A stretch of 64,000 nt of DNA from NCBI GenBank assembly GCA_050174015.1, contig JBFXKG010000004.1:128001-192000 (forward strand), written 5' to 3'. The notes beneath the pieces are model-generated. The model had not been told where the DNA came from and searched no databases. It saw only the letters and a program-made list of their open reading frames with translations. Position numbers and translations under genes: made by a program. The DNA is from Candidatus Krumholzibacteriia bacterium (lineage in GTDB: Bacteria; Krumholzibacteriota; Krumholzibacteriia; LZORAL124-64-63). This document shows, in pieces, positions 56,312 through 64,000 of the stretch. Every line of letters starts with the position of its first letter. Position 1 is the first letter of the stretch.

Positions 56312-57247
56312 TCATCTCCGACTCCTCAGCGACCACAGGGCCCGGTTCAACGGAGTCGGCAAGACCAGGCACATCGCCAACCTCAAGCGCACTGCAGGAG
56401 AAAGCAGGGATCCGAATTCGGCCAGAAGCCGGCGGGCCTGAGCGCGGTTCGTATTCCGGCCGGCAACCCTGGCAGCCGAATCGGCGCTGCGGCGCCTCAA
56501 GGGTCGAGTACGGCGCTCGATCTCGGACCCGATGGTCCCGGTCTGCTCCTGCATCCGGCACAGCACCCGGTAGAACCCATCGAACGGGTCGCTTTCCTGA
56601 TCCATCAGGGATCCCTCCACTTGCCGATAGAAGACGCTCGGCCGTGGACAGTAGGCCAGCCGAGGTTCGGCCAAGGCGAGACGGAACCAGAGGTCCAGGT
56701 CCTCGCCGGTGCGCAGCCCCGTGTCAAATCCCTCGTGCTCCATCAGAAAAGTCCGCTCCATGGCGCACGCGCTGGTGAAGACCCTCCAGGCCCGCGAACA
56801 GGCCTGGAAATAATCCTCGAGCAGCACGGGTTGGTCACCCTTGATCCCATCGACCATCCTGGGGATCTCCCGGGGCGGATCGGTCTCGAAAAGCACCGTG
56901 TAGGCCGAGGCCGCCCAGCGCACATCATACCGCTCCAGGGCCTCGCGCAGATTCGCAAGATGGTGGGGCAACCAGCGGTCATCCGCATCGAGAAAAGCCA
57001 CGTGCGTCCCGCAAGCCAGCCGGATACCGGTGTTTCGAGCCGCCGCCGCCCCGCTGTTCTCCTGCCGGTGGCACTTGACCAGGGGTGAGGAGGCCATGGC
57101 CACCGAGGCGGTGTCATCCGCCGAGCCATCGTCCACCACGACGATTTCCAGGGGATGGAACTGCTGACTGGTCACGCTGGCAATGGTTGCGGCGATGTGC
57201 CGCTCCGCGTTGAAGGCGGGGATGACCACCGAGAATGACGGAGACAT
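56312..57247 (-). CDS. GT2 family glycosyltransferase
   Basis: SVVIPAFN, VDDGSAD, AARNTG, FLDADD and GEDLDLW motifs. Confidence 0.92.
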   Translation of the reverse strand: MSPSFSVVIPAFNAERHIAATIASVTSQQFHPLEIVVVDDGSADDTASVAMASSPLVKCHRQENSGAAAARNTGIRLACGTHVAFLDADDRWLPHHLANLREALERYDVRWAASAYTVLFETDPPREIPRMVDGIKGDQPVLLEDYFQACSRAWRVFTSACAMERTFLMEHEGFDTGLRTGEDLDLWFRLALAEPRLAYCPRPSVFYRQVEGSLMDQESDPFDGFYRVLCRMQEQTGTIGSEIERRTRPLRRRSADSAARVAGRNTNRAQARRLLAEFGSLLSPAVRLRLAMCLVLPTPLNRALWSLRSRR

Positions 57248-57507
57248 CCTCCCATCCTCGGTGCTGGTTCGGTCCTGGTGGATCATTTCCTGGAATTCCG
57301 GGTTGATTGCGGGTGCCCTGACAGTTCCTTACAACCCCCCGGACTAATTCCGGCCGGGGCGATGGCGGAGATTATAGACCTTGGGGGGCCACGGGACAAG
57401 CAATCGGGGACCAAGATGGAGTGAATCCGGATTGTGCGGGGTGAAGGCCTGTTCTATTGTCTTGGCGCTACATTCGATCGAAAGCCAGCTTTCGACAGGG
57501 GCTCTTC

Positions 57508-58491
57508 GTGCGCTACTGGTGGGTCAACCAGAACCAGACCTACGCCCAGGAGATCCGGGGCGGCTATCTCTGGTCGCCCAAGCGCAGGGCCGACGGCGGC
57601 TTCAACCACTTCTACGACACCATGCGCGTGGTCGCCCCCGGCGACCTGGTCCTGTCCTTCCAGGGGACCTGGCTGCGCGCGGTGGGCGTCGTGCGCGCCT
57701 GCTGCTACGAGAGTCCCAAACCCGAGGAGTTCGGCGGGGCCGGCCTGAACTGGAGCGCCATCGGCTGGAAGGTCGACGTCGCCTGGACCGAGCTGCGCAA
57801 TCAGATCCGACCCAAGGACCACATCGCACGCCTGCGGTCCCTGCTTCCCGGCAAGTACAGCCCGCTGCGCGCCAACGGGGACGGGCTGCAGGGCATCTAC
57901 CTGACCGAATTGCCGCCACCCCTGATGCACGCCCTGGCCGGCCTGATCGGATACGAGGTCCTCGTCCTGATGCAGGGGACGCGGCCGCCCCAGCCCGCCG
58001 CGGCGGCCGACAAGGAAACCGACATCGAGGCCCTCAAGCTGAAGTGGGAGCGGCGGATCATCACGGACATCAAGGGCGACCGGATCATCCCGGAGACCGA
58101 GAAACGCGCCCTGATCACCTCGCGCCGCGGGCAGGGGCTGTACCGCGAGCGGGTGCGGTCCATCGAGCGGGCCTGCCGCATCACACGCGTGGACAATCCG
58201 GAACATCTGATCGCCAGCCACTGCAAGCCGTGGCGGCACTGCTCCAACGAGGAGCGCCTCGACGGCGAGAACGGCCTGATGCTCACCCCCTCGGTCGATC
58301 ACCTGTTCGACCGAGGCTTCATCAGCTTCGAGGACGGCGGCCGGCTGCTGGTCTCGCCCGTCGCCGACCGGGTGTCGCTGGAAAAGATGGGGATCGACGT
58401 CCGCCGGCCCGTGGAGGTGGGCGCCTTCAGTTCAGGGCAAAAGCGATACCTCGACTTCCACCGGAACGACATCTTCCTGGAAACGCGGTGA
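57508..58491 (+). CDS. EVE/PUA-like + HNH endonuclease (putative type IV restriction enzyme)
   Basis: N-terminal YWWVNQNQTY..GGYLWSPK..M..V.PGDLV; C-terminal CRIT..LIASHCKPW..NGLMLTPSVDHLFDRGFISF. Confidence 0.8.
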   Translation: MRYWWVNQNQTYAQEIRGGYLWSPKRRADGGFNHFYDTMRVVAPGDLVLSFQGTWLRAVGVVRACCYESPKPEEFGGAGLNWSAIGWKVDVAWTELRNQIRPKDHIARLRSLLPGKYSPLRANGDGLQGIYLTELPPPLMHALAGLIGYEVLVLMQGTRPPQPAAAADKETDIEALKLKWERRIITDIKGDRIIPETEKRALITSRRGQGLYRERVRSIERACRITRVDNPEHLIASHCKPWRHCSNEERLDGENGLMLTPSVDHLFDRGFISFEDGGRLLVSPVADRVSLEKMGIDVRRPVEVGAFSSGQKRYLDFHRNDIFLETR

Positions 58492-58554
58492 GCCTGGTTT
58501 GACTTGCCCGGGACTTGCTTCTCTCCATCCTCTCCTCATTCTTCCCGGGAAGCA

Positions 58555-58589
58555 TTGACGCCGTGATTGGTATCATATATAATACCACC
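58555..58589 (+). promoter_or_regulatory. Leaderless near-consensus sigma70 promoter with inverted repeat
   Basis: TTGACG-17-TATAAT-6 nt-ATG(58590); TGGTAT-n8-ATACCA at 58568-58587. Confidence 0.8.
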
Positions 58590-59015
58590 ATGAAACCCAG
58601 GATCGTGCTCGACACGAACGTCCTCGTCTCGGCCCTGCGGTCGCGAAGCGGGGCCTCGTTCCAGGTCCTCAGCCGGGTCGGCCTCGGCCGGTTCGACATC
58701 GTCCTGTCCGTTCCCCTGGTCCTGGAATACGAAAGCGTCACCAAGCGCCTTTCCCGATCCATGGGGTTGACGCACGAAGACATCGACGACATCCTCGACT
58801 ACCTGTGCCGCGTCGGGATCCTGCGGGGCATCTTCTATCTGTGGCGGCCCGTTCTCCGGGATCCCAAGGACGACATGGTCCTCGAGGCCGCCGTCGAGGG
58901 GGGTTGCGGGTTCATCGTGACCCACAACATCGACGATTTCACCGGCTGCGCCTCGTTCGGCGTCCAGGCGATCAGGCCTGCCGGATTCCTGCGCATCCTG
59001 GAGGAAAGACCATGA
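58590..59015 (+). CDS. PIN-domain toxin
   Basis: VLDTNVLVSAL, LEYE, DPKDDMVLE and VTHNIDDF motifs. Confidence 0.9.
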   Translation: MKPRIVLDTNVLVSALRSRSGASFQVLSRVGLGRFDIVLSVPLVLEYESVTKRLSRSMGLTHEDIDDILDYLCRVGILRGIFYLWRPVLRDPKDDMVLEAAVEGGCGFIVTHNIDDFTGCASFGVQAIRPAGFLRILEERP

Positions 59016-59242
59016 GCGCCATCAGCCTCCGCCTCTCCGAATCGCTTCACCGCCAGGTGAAGGAACTGGCCCGCCGCGAGGGCATCTCCATCAACCAGTT
59101 CATCTCCACCGCGGTGGCCGAGAAGCTGTCGGCCCTGATGGCCGAGGAATACCTGCAGCAGCGGGCCGACCGGGGCAGCCGGGAGAAGTTCGAGCGGGCG
59201 CTGGGGAAGGTCCGGGACCGGGAGCCGGAGGCGGGGGACTGA
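59012..59242 (+). CDS. RHH/HicB-like antitoxin or DNA-binding partner
   Basis: ATGA overlap; SLRLSESLH..LARREGISINQFI..AVAEKL. Confidence 0.85.
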   Translation: MSAISLRLSESLHRQVKELARREGISINQFISTAVAEKLSALMAEEYLQQRADRGSREKFERALGKVRDREPEAGD

Positions 59243-59257
59243 GGCAAGAAGACCCCT

Positions 59258-61714
59258 TCACTCCAATCCCAGTTCCCTCCGCACCACCGAGAAGTCGAAC
59301 GCGTCGTCCCCCTCGCCCTGGATTTCCACGTTCTCCATGGACTTCAGCAGGGTGTCGAGTTCGCGGCGGCCCTGGGCGGTTTTGGCCGCCTCGCGCGGGG
59401 TGCGCCCGTCCAGCGCGGGGATCGACTGGTCAAGCCAGCCGGCGTAGTACCGGGCCTTCACCTCGGCCTTGGCCCGGCGCAGCTCCTCCGGCTTAACGGG
59501 ACGATCCAGGCCGCCGCTCCTGGTGGCTGCCGCCCTCGCCGCCGGAGAGGTGGGATCGAAGTGTTCGCGCAGGCGGTGCGTGATCGCATCCCCGCAGGCG
59601 GCCTCGACCTTGGCCCGCAGCCCATCGGCACGCTCCACGGAATCGGTCTCCAGGATCAACGCCCCCTCTTCGAACCGGGCCAGACCCAGCATCGTGTTGG
59701 TCGAGTCAGGATGGAGCCCCCTTCCCGGACGGCTCAGGGTGAAAACCGGCGGATCCTCGCGGGGATCCCGAAGGGTCATCCCCTCGATGCCCTTCAGACG
59801 GCGGATGATCTCGTCCCGGGCGCCGTGGCGGATGGCGAAACTGTCGCGAGTCAACAGGATCGGATCGCCGTCCGTGTTCGTCACGTTCAGGGGCCGGGAC
59901 GCCCTCAGCACCGCTTCCTCCACCTGCTCATCCCACTTGCGGATCAGGTAGGCGCCGAACTTGCCGTTCCGCAGGCGGTCCACCGGGACGTCCCGCTTAC
60001 GGCGCAGGCGCCCGCGCGCCAGGCGCACGACCTCGGCCGCGTCGTGGGGTTTCAGGGGTCGGGTATGCATGCCGTCCAGGACGTATCCGCCCTCGAACGC
60101 GATCACCCGACCCAGCAGGGAATCGTACCTGATGAGCGACCGGGAGCCGCTCCGCTCCCGCACCCGCCGGACCTCACCGGACAGGTGGTCCCTCAGGACC
60201 ATCCCTTCGCCCGGGGTGACCTCCGTCGCCTCCCACACCGACAGCCAGGCCTCCTGCTGGGCGGCGGCGAGATCCCGCTCCTCGGGGCTCAGGTCGGCGA
60301 GATGCTCCTCGAGGAACCACGCCAGGGCGGTCTTGCCCTCGATCTCGAATCCGTAGACCGACCAGGGCAACGCGAGTTCGATCTGGTCCTCCGCGTCGTC
60401 GAAATCGAGCCTGTGCAGGCGCCAATCCCAGCGGAATCGATCGAGGGCGAACTCCAGCACCCTGTGGAAGAAGGAATTCAACAGGCTGATCTTGGTCTCG
60501 GGCGGTTCCTCGGTTTGCGCCCTTGCCGCCTCCTCGTCCTGTTGCAGGTGGCAGTTCTTGTACTTGCGACCGCTGCCGCAGTGGCAGGGATCGTTGCGGC
60601 CGAGCTTGGGCGTCTGCCTGCGGACCGGCTGGATGGTCAGGCGGTCGTGGTTGAACCTGTCGACTTCGTCGAGCTCGTCGAAGTCGTCGTACTCCTCGAG
60701 GTGATCCAGCGCCTCGTAGGGGGCGGTGACGACCACCTCCAGGCCGTTCCGATCGAAGTAGGATTCGCAGACCGGCTCGAACGCATCCATGGTGAAGATC
60801 CGCCGGTGCTTGACGAAGAAGGCGGTCAAGGCCGTGATGCAGGCCGTGACGATCCTGAGGTCCTCGTCCCTCAGGGGCACCGGCTCCGGGCCGGGATCGT
60901 AGCGGTCCAGGACCGGATAGGCCTCGGGCGAGGCCACGAGCCACCCGTACCGGGCGACCTCCTGACGCATCGTATCCGGCAGGTCGGCCCCCCGTTCGAA
61001 GTCGAGGGCCAGCCAGCCGACGTCGATGTCGGGCAGGTAATCGGATCCCGGAACCCCCAGGGACGCCTCCCAGAATTCGTCGAAGTCCTCGACGTTCGGG
61101 AAGATCAGCACGCCCATGCTTTCCCCGAGATTGCCGATGATGCTGAGGCACGCACCCTCGACCCCCAGGGCGGGGATGTCCATGCGGATCGCCTGGTCGC
61201 CGGTCGCCACCTTCCACGGCGCGACCGCGTACAGCGCCGCAGCCGCGCGGAACATGTCCTCCACCGCTTCCGGGGACACCGCCCCCCCTTCCAGGTAGCT
61301 GTCCGGCAAGTCGTCTTTGAAATGGCCTCGCGCCAGCATGTCCGCCATCATGTCTTGGATCTGGTCGATTTCGGGCGTCGGCGCCACGATGACCGGGACG
61401 TCCTTCCCCGCGAATCGGCGCACGGCCGTTGCCATCTCCTCGGTGGCCACCCGGATCCGGTCGGGGCGCCGTGGCTTGCCGGTCAGGGGCTTCTGCATGG
61501 AGGTCTTGAGCATCCGGCCGAGGGCCTTGAATCCCGACCTCGGAGGGGCCGGCTCGCTGCCGAGGATCATCAGGCCGGGCATTTCCAGCCAGATGAGGAT
61601 GTCCGGTGCGACGGCCCTCTGCTCGGAGCCCTCGGGAAACGGGGCCGGAATGCAGCCCCCGACCCACTCGCGGGGGGTTGAAGCGACGAGTTCCGGTCCT
61701 TTCCTGCGGGCCAT
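59258..61714 (-). CDS. SEC-C motif protein with C-terminal Xre/MbcA/ParS-like domain
   Basis: [19 protein letters not shown]-terminal [17 protein letters not shown]; upstream TTGACG-17-TAAGGT. Confidence 0.75.
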   Translation of the reverse strand: MARRKGPELVASTPREWVGGCIPAPFPEGSEQRAVAPDILIWLEMPGLMILGSEPAPPRSGFKALGRMLKTSMQKPLTGKPRRPDRIRVATEEMATAVRRFAGKDVPVIVAPTPEIDQIQDMMADMLARGHFKDDLPDSYLEGGAVSPEAVEDMFRAAAALYAVAPWKVATGDQAIRMDIPALGVEGACLSIIGNLGESMGVLIFPNVEDFDEFWEASLGVPGSDYLPDIDVGWLALDFERGADLPDTMRQEVARYGWLVASPEAYPVLDRYDPGPEPVPLRDEDLRIVTACITALTAFFVKHRRIFTMDAFEPVCESYFDRNGLEVVVTAPYEALDHLEEYDDFDELDEVDRFNHDRLTIQPVRRQTPKLGRNDPCHCGSGRKYKNCHLQQDEEAARAQTEEPPETKISLLNSFFHRVLEFALDRFRWDWRLHRLDFDDAEDQIELALPWSVYGFEIEGKTALAWFLEEHLADLSPEERDLAAAQQEAWLSVWEATEVTPGEGMVLRDHLSGEVRRVRERSGSRSLIRYDSLLGRVIAFEGGYVLDGMHTRPLKPHDAAEVVRLARGRLRRKRDVPVDRLRNGKFGAYLIRKWDEQVEEAVLRASRPLNVTNTDGDPILLTRDSFAIRHGARDEIIRRLKGIEGMTLRDPREDPPVFTLSRPGRGLHPDSTNTMLGLARFEEGALILETDSVERADGLRAKVEAACGDAITHRLREHFDPTSPAARAAATRSGGLDRPVKPEELRRAKAEVKARYYAGWLDQSIPALDGRTPREAAKTAQGRRELDTLLKSMENVEIQGEGDDAFDFSVVRRELGLE

Positions 61715-61793
61715 GCGGGATACCTCCGGGGGGAGTGGAATGGGATCCCTGGTACCTTACCTTACGGGGTTCGGCCCGTCAAAAGGTCCAGGG

Positions 61794-61907
61794 GGCCGCT
61801 TCCTGTCCGAACTGGAGAACGGCAAGCCGACCATCCGGCTGGACAAAGTGCTGACCGGACTGCAAAGCCTGGGCCTGGCCCTCTCCATTGCTCCGGCCGA
61901 TCCTGAT
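61794..61907 (+). pseudogene. 3' remnant of a HipB/Y4mF-like HTH antitoxin
   Basis: GRFLSELENGKPTIRLDKVLTGLQSLGL matches the second half of the HTH; the first helices are absent. Confidence 0.6.
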
Positions 61908-62028
61908 ATTCACCAGGGTGAAAAGCCCAAACCTTTCAGGGAGGAAAATGGGGCCCCCGGGGGGCCTAAAATGCTATGATCGGCCTCCAATCACCTGTTT
62001 GGATGCGATTTCCGGAAAGGATGCAGCG

Positions 62029-62361
62029 TTGAGGATCACCATCTTCAGGATCAAGCTGGTCCATTCGTTGATCTTCTGGGTCCTGAGCGCGTGCGTCGGG
62101 TATACCGTATACAGCGCATTATCAGGCAGGATCAATACCTGGACCTGGATCGCCATGGGTTTGCTTCTCGCCGAAAGCCTAACCCTGGCGGCGGCCGGCT
62201 GGACCTGCCCGTTGACCATCCTCGCCGAACGCCAGGGCGCGCTGAAGGGCTCGGTCACGGACATCTTCCTGCCGAAATGGTTCGCCGACCGGATCTTCCC
62301 GGTCTGCGGCACGCTCTGGGTGGGGGCGGTTGTGGTGGTCGCGGTGCGGATGCTACTCTGA
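62029..62361 (+). CDS. Small membrane protein with CPLT motif (DUF2784-like)
   Basis: AAAGGA + TTG; IKLVHSLIF, GWTCPLT and DIFLP motifs. Confidence 0.65.
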   Translation: MRITIFRIKLVHSLIFWVLSACVGYTVYSALSGRINTWTWIAMGLLLAESLTLAAAGWTCPLTILAERQGALKGSVTDIFLPKWFADRIFPVCGTLWVGAVVVVAVRMLL

Positions 62362-62396
62362 ACTTATGTCAACTCATGTCCCCAAGGGGGTTCGCC

Positions 62397-62981
62397 ATGC
62401 CCAACTTCCTCCAGTTCAGGATCGAGCTGCTCGAAATCTCGCCGCCGATCTGGCGTCGCATCCAGGTGCCGGCCGACTCTTCGTTCTGGGACCTGCACGT
62501 GGCCATCCAGGATGCCATGGGCTGGACCGATTCCCACCTGCACGCCTTCGAGCTGGACGATCCGAAGAAGGGCCGCTGGGAGATCGGGATCCCCGACGAC
62601 GAAGCCATGGTCCCGGTGATAGCCGGCTGGAAGCGGAAACTTTCACGGCATTTCAAGACGCCCGGCGACTTGATGTTCTACCAATACGACTTCGGGGACG
62701 ACTGGCGGCACGCGGTGCTGCTGGAGGCGATCGCCCTGCCCGAGCCGGGGGTGGAGTATCCGCGCTGCACGGCCGGCGCGCGCCGTTGCCCGCCTGAGGA
62801 TGTTGGCGGAGTGGGGGGATACGAGGAGTTCCTCGAGGCCCTCGCCGACCCCGACCACGAGGAGCACGACTCGTATCTGGAATGGTGCGGGGGCGCATTC
62901 GATCCCGAGGAGTTCGATCCGGCGGCGGTCAGGTTCGATGATCCGCATGAGAGGCTGATGGGGCTGGAGGATGATTGGTGA
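62397..62981 (+). CDS. pRiA4b ORF-3 family protein
   Basis: PPIWRRIQVP, LH.AIQ.AMGW.DSHLHAF, YQYDFGDDW and CPPEDVGG motifs. Confidence 0.92.
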   Translation: MPNFLQFRIELLEISPPIWRRIQVPADSSFWDLHVAIQDAMGWTDSHLHAFELDDPKKGRWEIGIPDDEAMVPVIAGWKRKLSRHFKTPGDLMFYQYDFGDDWRHAVLLEAIALPEPGVEYPRCTAGARRCPPEDVGGVGGYEEFLEALADPDHEEHDSYLEWCGGAFDPEEFDPAAVRFDDPHERLMGLEDDW

Positions 62982-62983
62982 CC

Positions 62984-63250
62984 TCAGGCGGAATGACCGC
63001 CGTCGATGTCCCAACCCGGAAAGACCAGGACCGCGGGATGGCAGCGCAGGGCGCGAGCCAGAGCCTTGGCTCGTTCCACGCCAAGGTTGACCCGGTCGTT
63101 CTCGATCGCGGAAATCGTCGACTGGGGAATGCAGGAAAGCTCTGCCAGCTCATTCTGGCTCAGCTCCTGCAACTCGCGGATGATGCGTACCGATTCCCCG
63201 ACCGAAACGTCGAGGTTCTTCTGCGCCTTGTGGAATCCCTTGCGCGCCAT
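62984..63250 (-). CDS. XRE-family HTH antitoxin (HigA-like)
   Basis: RELQELSQNELA...QSTISAIEN motif; lies downstream of the RelE-type toxin. Confidence 0.85.
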   Translation of the reverse strand: MARKGFHKAQKNLDVSVGESVRIIRELQELSQNELAELSCIPQSTISAIENDRVNLGVERAKALARALRCHPAVLVFPGWDIDGGHSA

Positions 63251-63252
63251 GT

Positions 63253-63534
63253 CTATTTCCTCCGGTAGTCATGAGCCGTGAGGTCCAGCACGTACACCAG
63301 AACCTCGTCGGCCTCGATCTCGTAGATGACCCGATATTGCCGGCCAAGGCGGGAGGAACGAGCGCCCTTCCACTCGCCGCTCAGGGCCTCGTCATGGAAT
63401 CCCTTGATCGCCAGCAGCCCTTGTGGACCTGATATCCGCACGATGTCCTTCCACTTCTCATAGCGCTTCAGCACTTCGTCGGGCAGCTTTTGAAGCACCC
63501 TGGTCATGCGGCGATGTTCGTAGATCTCCCACAT
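63253..63534 (-). CDS. RelE/HigB-family mRNA interferase toxin
   Basis: HDEALSGEWKG.RSSRL..QYRVIY and HDY motifs; toxin-first order. Confidence 0.88.
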   Translation of the reverse strand: MWEIYEHRRMTRVLQKLPDEVLKRYEKWKDIVRISGPQGLLAIKGFHDEALSGEWKGARSSRLGRQYRVIYEIEADEVLVYVLDLTAHDYRRK

Positions 63535-63540
63535 ACTCTT

Positions 63541-63569
63541 TTTATACTATATCGTCTATAGTATGTCAA
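63541..63569 (-). promoter_or_regulatory. Leaderless sigma70 promoter with inverted-repeat operator
   Basis: TTGACA-17-TATAAA-6 nt-ATG(63534); ATACTATA-n5-TATAGTAT at 63544-63564. Confidence 0.8.
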
Positions 63570-64000
63570 CCCTTGAGCCGCGGTTTATTCCAGGATGGCG
63601 CCGAGATCGGCAGAGGCCTCGGCGGACAGGACGTATCCGGCTCATTCCTCGAATTCTTTGCCAATGGTTCCACTTTCCCGGCCATGAACCCAAACCGTTG
63701 ATACCGAAACCAATGAGGATCATTCACGAAGGAGGTAGTCGCAAATTGCGACAACCCTGGTCACCCCCGACCTTTCACCTTGTCCACGGCCAAGGCCATG
63801 ACACCATCCGCCGCAAGAGCAAGCGAACAACCCCACACGTGTGGGGATTTTTGCACCAGGGGACAAAAATTCTTGTCTTCAGGAAAACGCCAGGCCTCAA
63901 GCCGGGCACCGCGGCCTGGTGCAGTCGCCGCGTGCCGGCCGGATCTCCCCGGCGATATCGAGCCCGTCAAAGCGTCATGCGCCTCAGCCTCAGCGCATTG

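Noticed and set aside
47124..63534. Integron cassette array
   Set aside because: Genes are in mixed orientations, and I found no recurring attC sites or integrase.
63822..63851. CRISPR array
   Set aside because: Only one repeat-like palindrome; no second copy at ~61-nt spacing and no cas genes.

Overview
High-GC bacterial chromosomal window with roughly 55 protein-coding genes. I found no rRNA, tRNA, CRISPR array or intact transposase/integrase. The many signal-peptide proteins ending in an FlgD-Ig/T9SS-like C-terminal domain, or in a short '[TS][WF]GxVKxLFR' tail, suggest an FCB-related candidate phylum such as Krumholzibacteriota, Latescibacterota or Eisenbacteria (inference). In order, the window holds: secreted CTD-tagged enzymes; a metallophosphoesterase, a fatty-acid desaturase and a DUF4105 protein; marR-yceI; a macro-domain protein; a divergent DUF134/DUF5320 <> NifX-MinD/ferredoxin ATPase x2-NifX-CGGC metal-cluster locus sharing one palindromic operator; a hybrid sensor kinase; a glycan locus (NagX-like, SSS transporter with unannotated membrane microproteins, GPH transporter, two GH92); a 5'-3' exonuclease; M1 peptidase, GH32-like and toroid CTD proteins; monomeric icd; and a two-racemase + GNAT locus whose alr appears to start at ATC. 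From about 49 kb the region is accessory/defence-like. It has four toxin-antitoxin-like modules that share a leaderless promoter + palindrome architecture, plus a patatin, an EVE-HNH nuclease, a sulfated-polysaccharide satellite, SEC-C and pRiA4b proteins and a HipB-like remnant. All calls are motif-based by eye; no database searches were run.
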